Assembly: GCF_003334815.1 (NCBI RefSeq)
Contig: NZ_QOWO01000115.1
DNA from: Escherichia coli
GTDB taxonomy: Bacteria > Pseudomonadota > Gammaproteobacteria > Enterobacterales > Enterobacteriaceae
Strand: one strand, 5' to 3'
DNA: 869 nucleotides
Shown: one piece after another, positions 1 through 869 of the stretch
Position numbering within the stretch: the first letter of the stretch is position 1
Layout: each line of letters starts with the position of its first letter
Made by a program: the position numbers and the translations under genes
Notes under the pieces: generated by a model
Told to the model about the DNA's origin: nothing
The model's database searches: none
Seen by the model: only the letters and a program-made list of their open reading frames with translations

Positions 1-76
1 CGCGGGGAAGTTCAGGCCGCTACGGCCTCTGCAACCGGCTTAGCGTGCTTTATTTTCCGTTTTCTGAGACGACCCC
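1..76. mobile_element. Terminal segment of a Tn3-family transposon (Tn5393-like or Tn21-like) inserted into the colicin gene; the body of the element lies beyond the left window edge
   Basis: Terminal inverted repeat at 39-76 plus 38 bp of GC-rich interior sequence at 1-38 (minus-strand read CCGGTTGCAGAGGCCGTAGCGGCCTGAACTTCCCCGCG). If the element is Tn5393-like, I recall its inverted repeats being about 81 bp, in which case all of 1-76 would be repeat; this cannot be confirmed from the window alone. Confidence 0.75.
39..76 (-). repeat. 38-bp terminal inverted repeat of a Tn3-family transposon (Tn21/Tn5393 subgroup); outer end at position 76, transposon interior towards position 1
   Basis: Reverse complement of 39-76 is GGGGTCGTCTCAGAAAACGGAAAATAAAGCACGCTAAG. 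The GGGG outer terminus, the internal ACGGAAAA motif and the inner TAAG are hallmark features of Tn3-family inverted repeats. The repeat begins exactly where the colicin-matching sequence stops, and composition shifts from AT-rich colicin sequence to GC-rich sequence at 1-38. Confidence 0.85.
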
Positions 77-869
77 TATGATGGTTTCTGTTTTAACAAA
101 AAGAGGACGCCAGTTCTCTGTCCGGACAGCCTTACCAAACTCAGTGATCCAGTCAGCAAGACTTGTAAATTTTCCTGCATATCCCAGTCCCCGACTGAAT
201 CTGTTCAGATTAGACGATATATCAGACAGCTTCACAGACTCAAGGGCTGCGGCAATCGCTGCACGATCTTTTGCATTAATTTTTTTGTTAATGTCAGCCC
301 GGTACTTTTCATACGTTTTTAATGCCTCTTCAACATTACGTATTTTCTTCCCTTTAGCCTGCCCGGCCATCTCTCTGGCTAACTGCTCAGCTTTTGCACC
401 ATATTTTTCTGAAACTGATTTCAGGAACTCTGTTGTGAAATTAATTGCGTCTTTCGTTGCCTTCAGTTCATCCTGTTTTCTTTTCTCTTCCGCTATCTTC
501 TGATTGATGCCGGAAAGCTGGTTACGGATATTCTCTTTTTCCTTCAACAGGGCATTAAGAGCGTCATTTGCATGCTTTTGCTCATTTGTTCTGGCACTGA
601 GGTTATTTCTCGCCGAATTTACCGCAGATTCAGCAGAGGTGATTTTATTTCTGGCATCAAGCAATCTTTGCCGTAACTTATCCCATTCAGCAACTTCAGC
701 ATTATAAATTTTCTTGTCACCTTCCACATCCTCTGTCACCACCGGATTCTGGTCATTCAGAATATTGCGTTTATAGTCCAGACCGGAATGGCTCAGAAGA
801 TAATTCAGGTTTGCACGGTTATCGATGACTGCGCTGGTTGTGATTTTTATCGTACCGGCAAATCTCGGA
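50..869 (-). CDS. cia: Colicin Ia-type pore-forming colicin, partial: N-terminus lies beyond the right window edge; 3' end truncated by transposon insertion at 76/77, so the last 8 codons (GVVSENGK) and the TAA stop (50-52) come from the transposon inverted repeat. Probably a non-functional (pseudogenised) colicin.
   Basis: The minus-strand frame is open from 868 to the stop at 50-52 (my translation of 743-868 gives PRFAGTIKITTSAVDINRANLNYLLSHSGLDYKRNILNDQNPV with no stop, continuing into the supplied ORF). The 'M' at 740-742 in the ORF track is a GTG valine codon. The translation (...VTEDVEGDKKIYNAEVAEWDKLRQRLLDARNKITSAESAVNSARNNLSART...KDAINFTTEFLKSVSEKYGAKAEQLAREMAGQAKGKKIRNVEEALKTYEKYRADINKK...NWRPLFVKTETII) matches my recollection of colicin Ia and differs from colicin Ib at the positions where I recall those two diverging. 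Canonical colicin Ia continues ...ETIIAGNAATALVALVFSILTG... to ...KFWGI; here the frame instead reads GVVSENGK then stops. Confidence 0.88.
   Translation of the reverse strand, partial: PRFAGTIKITTSAVIDNRANLNYLLSHSGLDYKRNILNDQNPVVTEDVEGDKKIYNAEVAEWDKLRQRLLDARNKITSAESAVNSARNNLSARTNEQKHANDALNALLKEKENIRNQLSGINQKIAEEKRKQDELKATKDAINFTTEFLKSVSEKYGAKAEQLAREMAGQAKGKKIRNVEEALKTYEKYRADINKKINAKDRAAIAAALESVKLSDISSNLNRFSRGLGYAGKFTSLADWITEFGKAVRTENWRPLFVKTETIIGVVSENGK

Noticed and set aside
45-503. Plus-strand ORF of 152 aa (MLYFPFSETTPMMVSVLTKRGRQF...)
   Set aside because: It is entirely antisense to the well-supported colicin reading frame and starts inside the transposon inverted repeat. The product is low-complexity and Ser/Phe/Leu-rich, as expected from reading the complement of a Lys/Glu/Ala-rich coiled-coil gene. 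I see no support for it as a real gene.
250-700. Lys/Glu/Ala-rich repetitive-looking protein segment that might suggest tandem DNA repeats
   Set aside because: This is the compositional signature of the long helical coiled-coil region of colicin Ia-type proteins; I see no exact tandem nucleotide repeats.
504-707. Plus-strand ORF of 67 aa (MMPESWLRIFSFSFNRALRASF...)
   Set aside because: Same reason: a shadow ORF antisense to the colicin gene with no recognisable family resemblance.
740-742. Apparent start codon of the minus-strand ORF given in the ORF track
   Set aside because: The codon is GTG and the frame stays open upstream to the window edge, with the upstream translation matching colicin Ia. 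It is an internal valine codon, not an initiation site; the true start is beyond position 869.
1-869. Possibility that the window encodes a novel, undescribed system
   Set aside because: Every base is accounted for by two well-known elements, a colicin Ia-type gene and a Tn3-family transposon end. What is notable is the insertional truncation, not a new gene family.

Overview
This window is the junction between a colicin gene and a transposon end. The minus strand carries an open frame running from the right window edge down to a stop at 50-52. It translates to a protein I recognise as colicin Ia-type (receptor-binding/coiled-coil region plus the start of the channel-forming domain). At position 76/77 the colicin-matching sequence ends just before the hydrophobic helical hairpin of the pore domain. 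Positions 39-76 read on the minus strand are GGGGTCGTCTCAGAAAACGGAAAATAAAGCACGCTAAG, the 38-bp terminal inverted repeat typical of Tn3-family transposons of the Tn21/Tn5393 subgroup. So the window shows a colicin Ia gene truncated at its 3' end by a Tn3-family transposon, with the last 8 codons and the stop supplied by the inverted repeat. I see no RNA genes, CRISPR arrays or evidence of a novel system; the window is fully explained by these two known elements. All identifications are from reading the sequence and recalled family knowledge; no searches were run.
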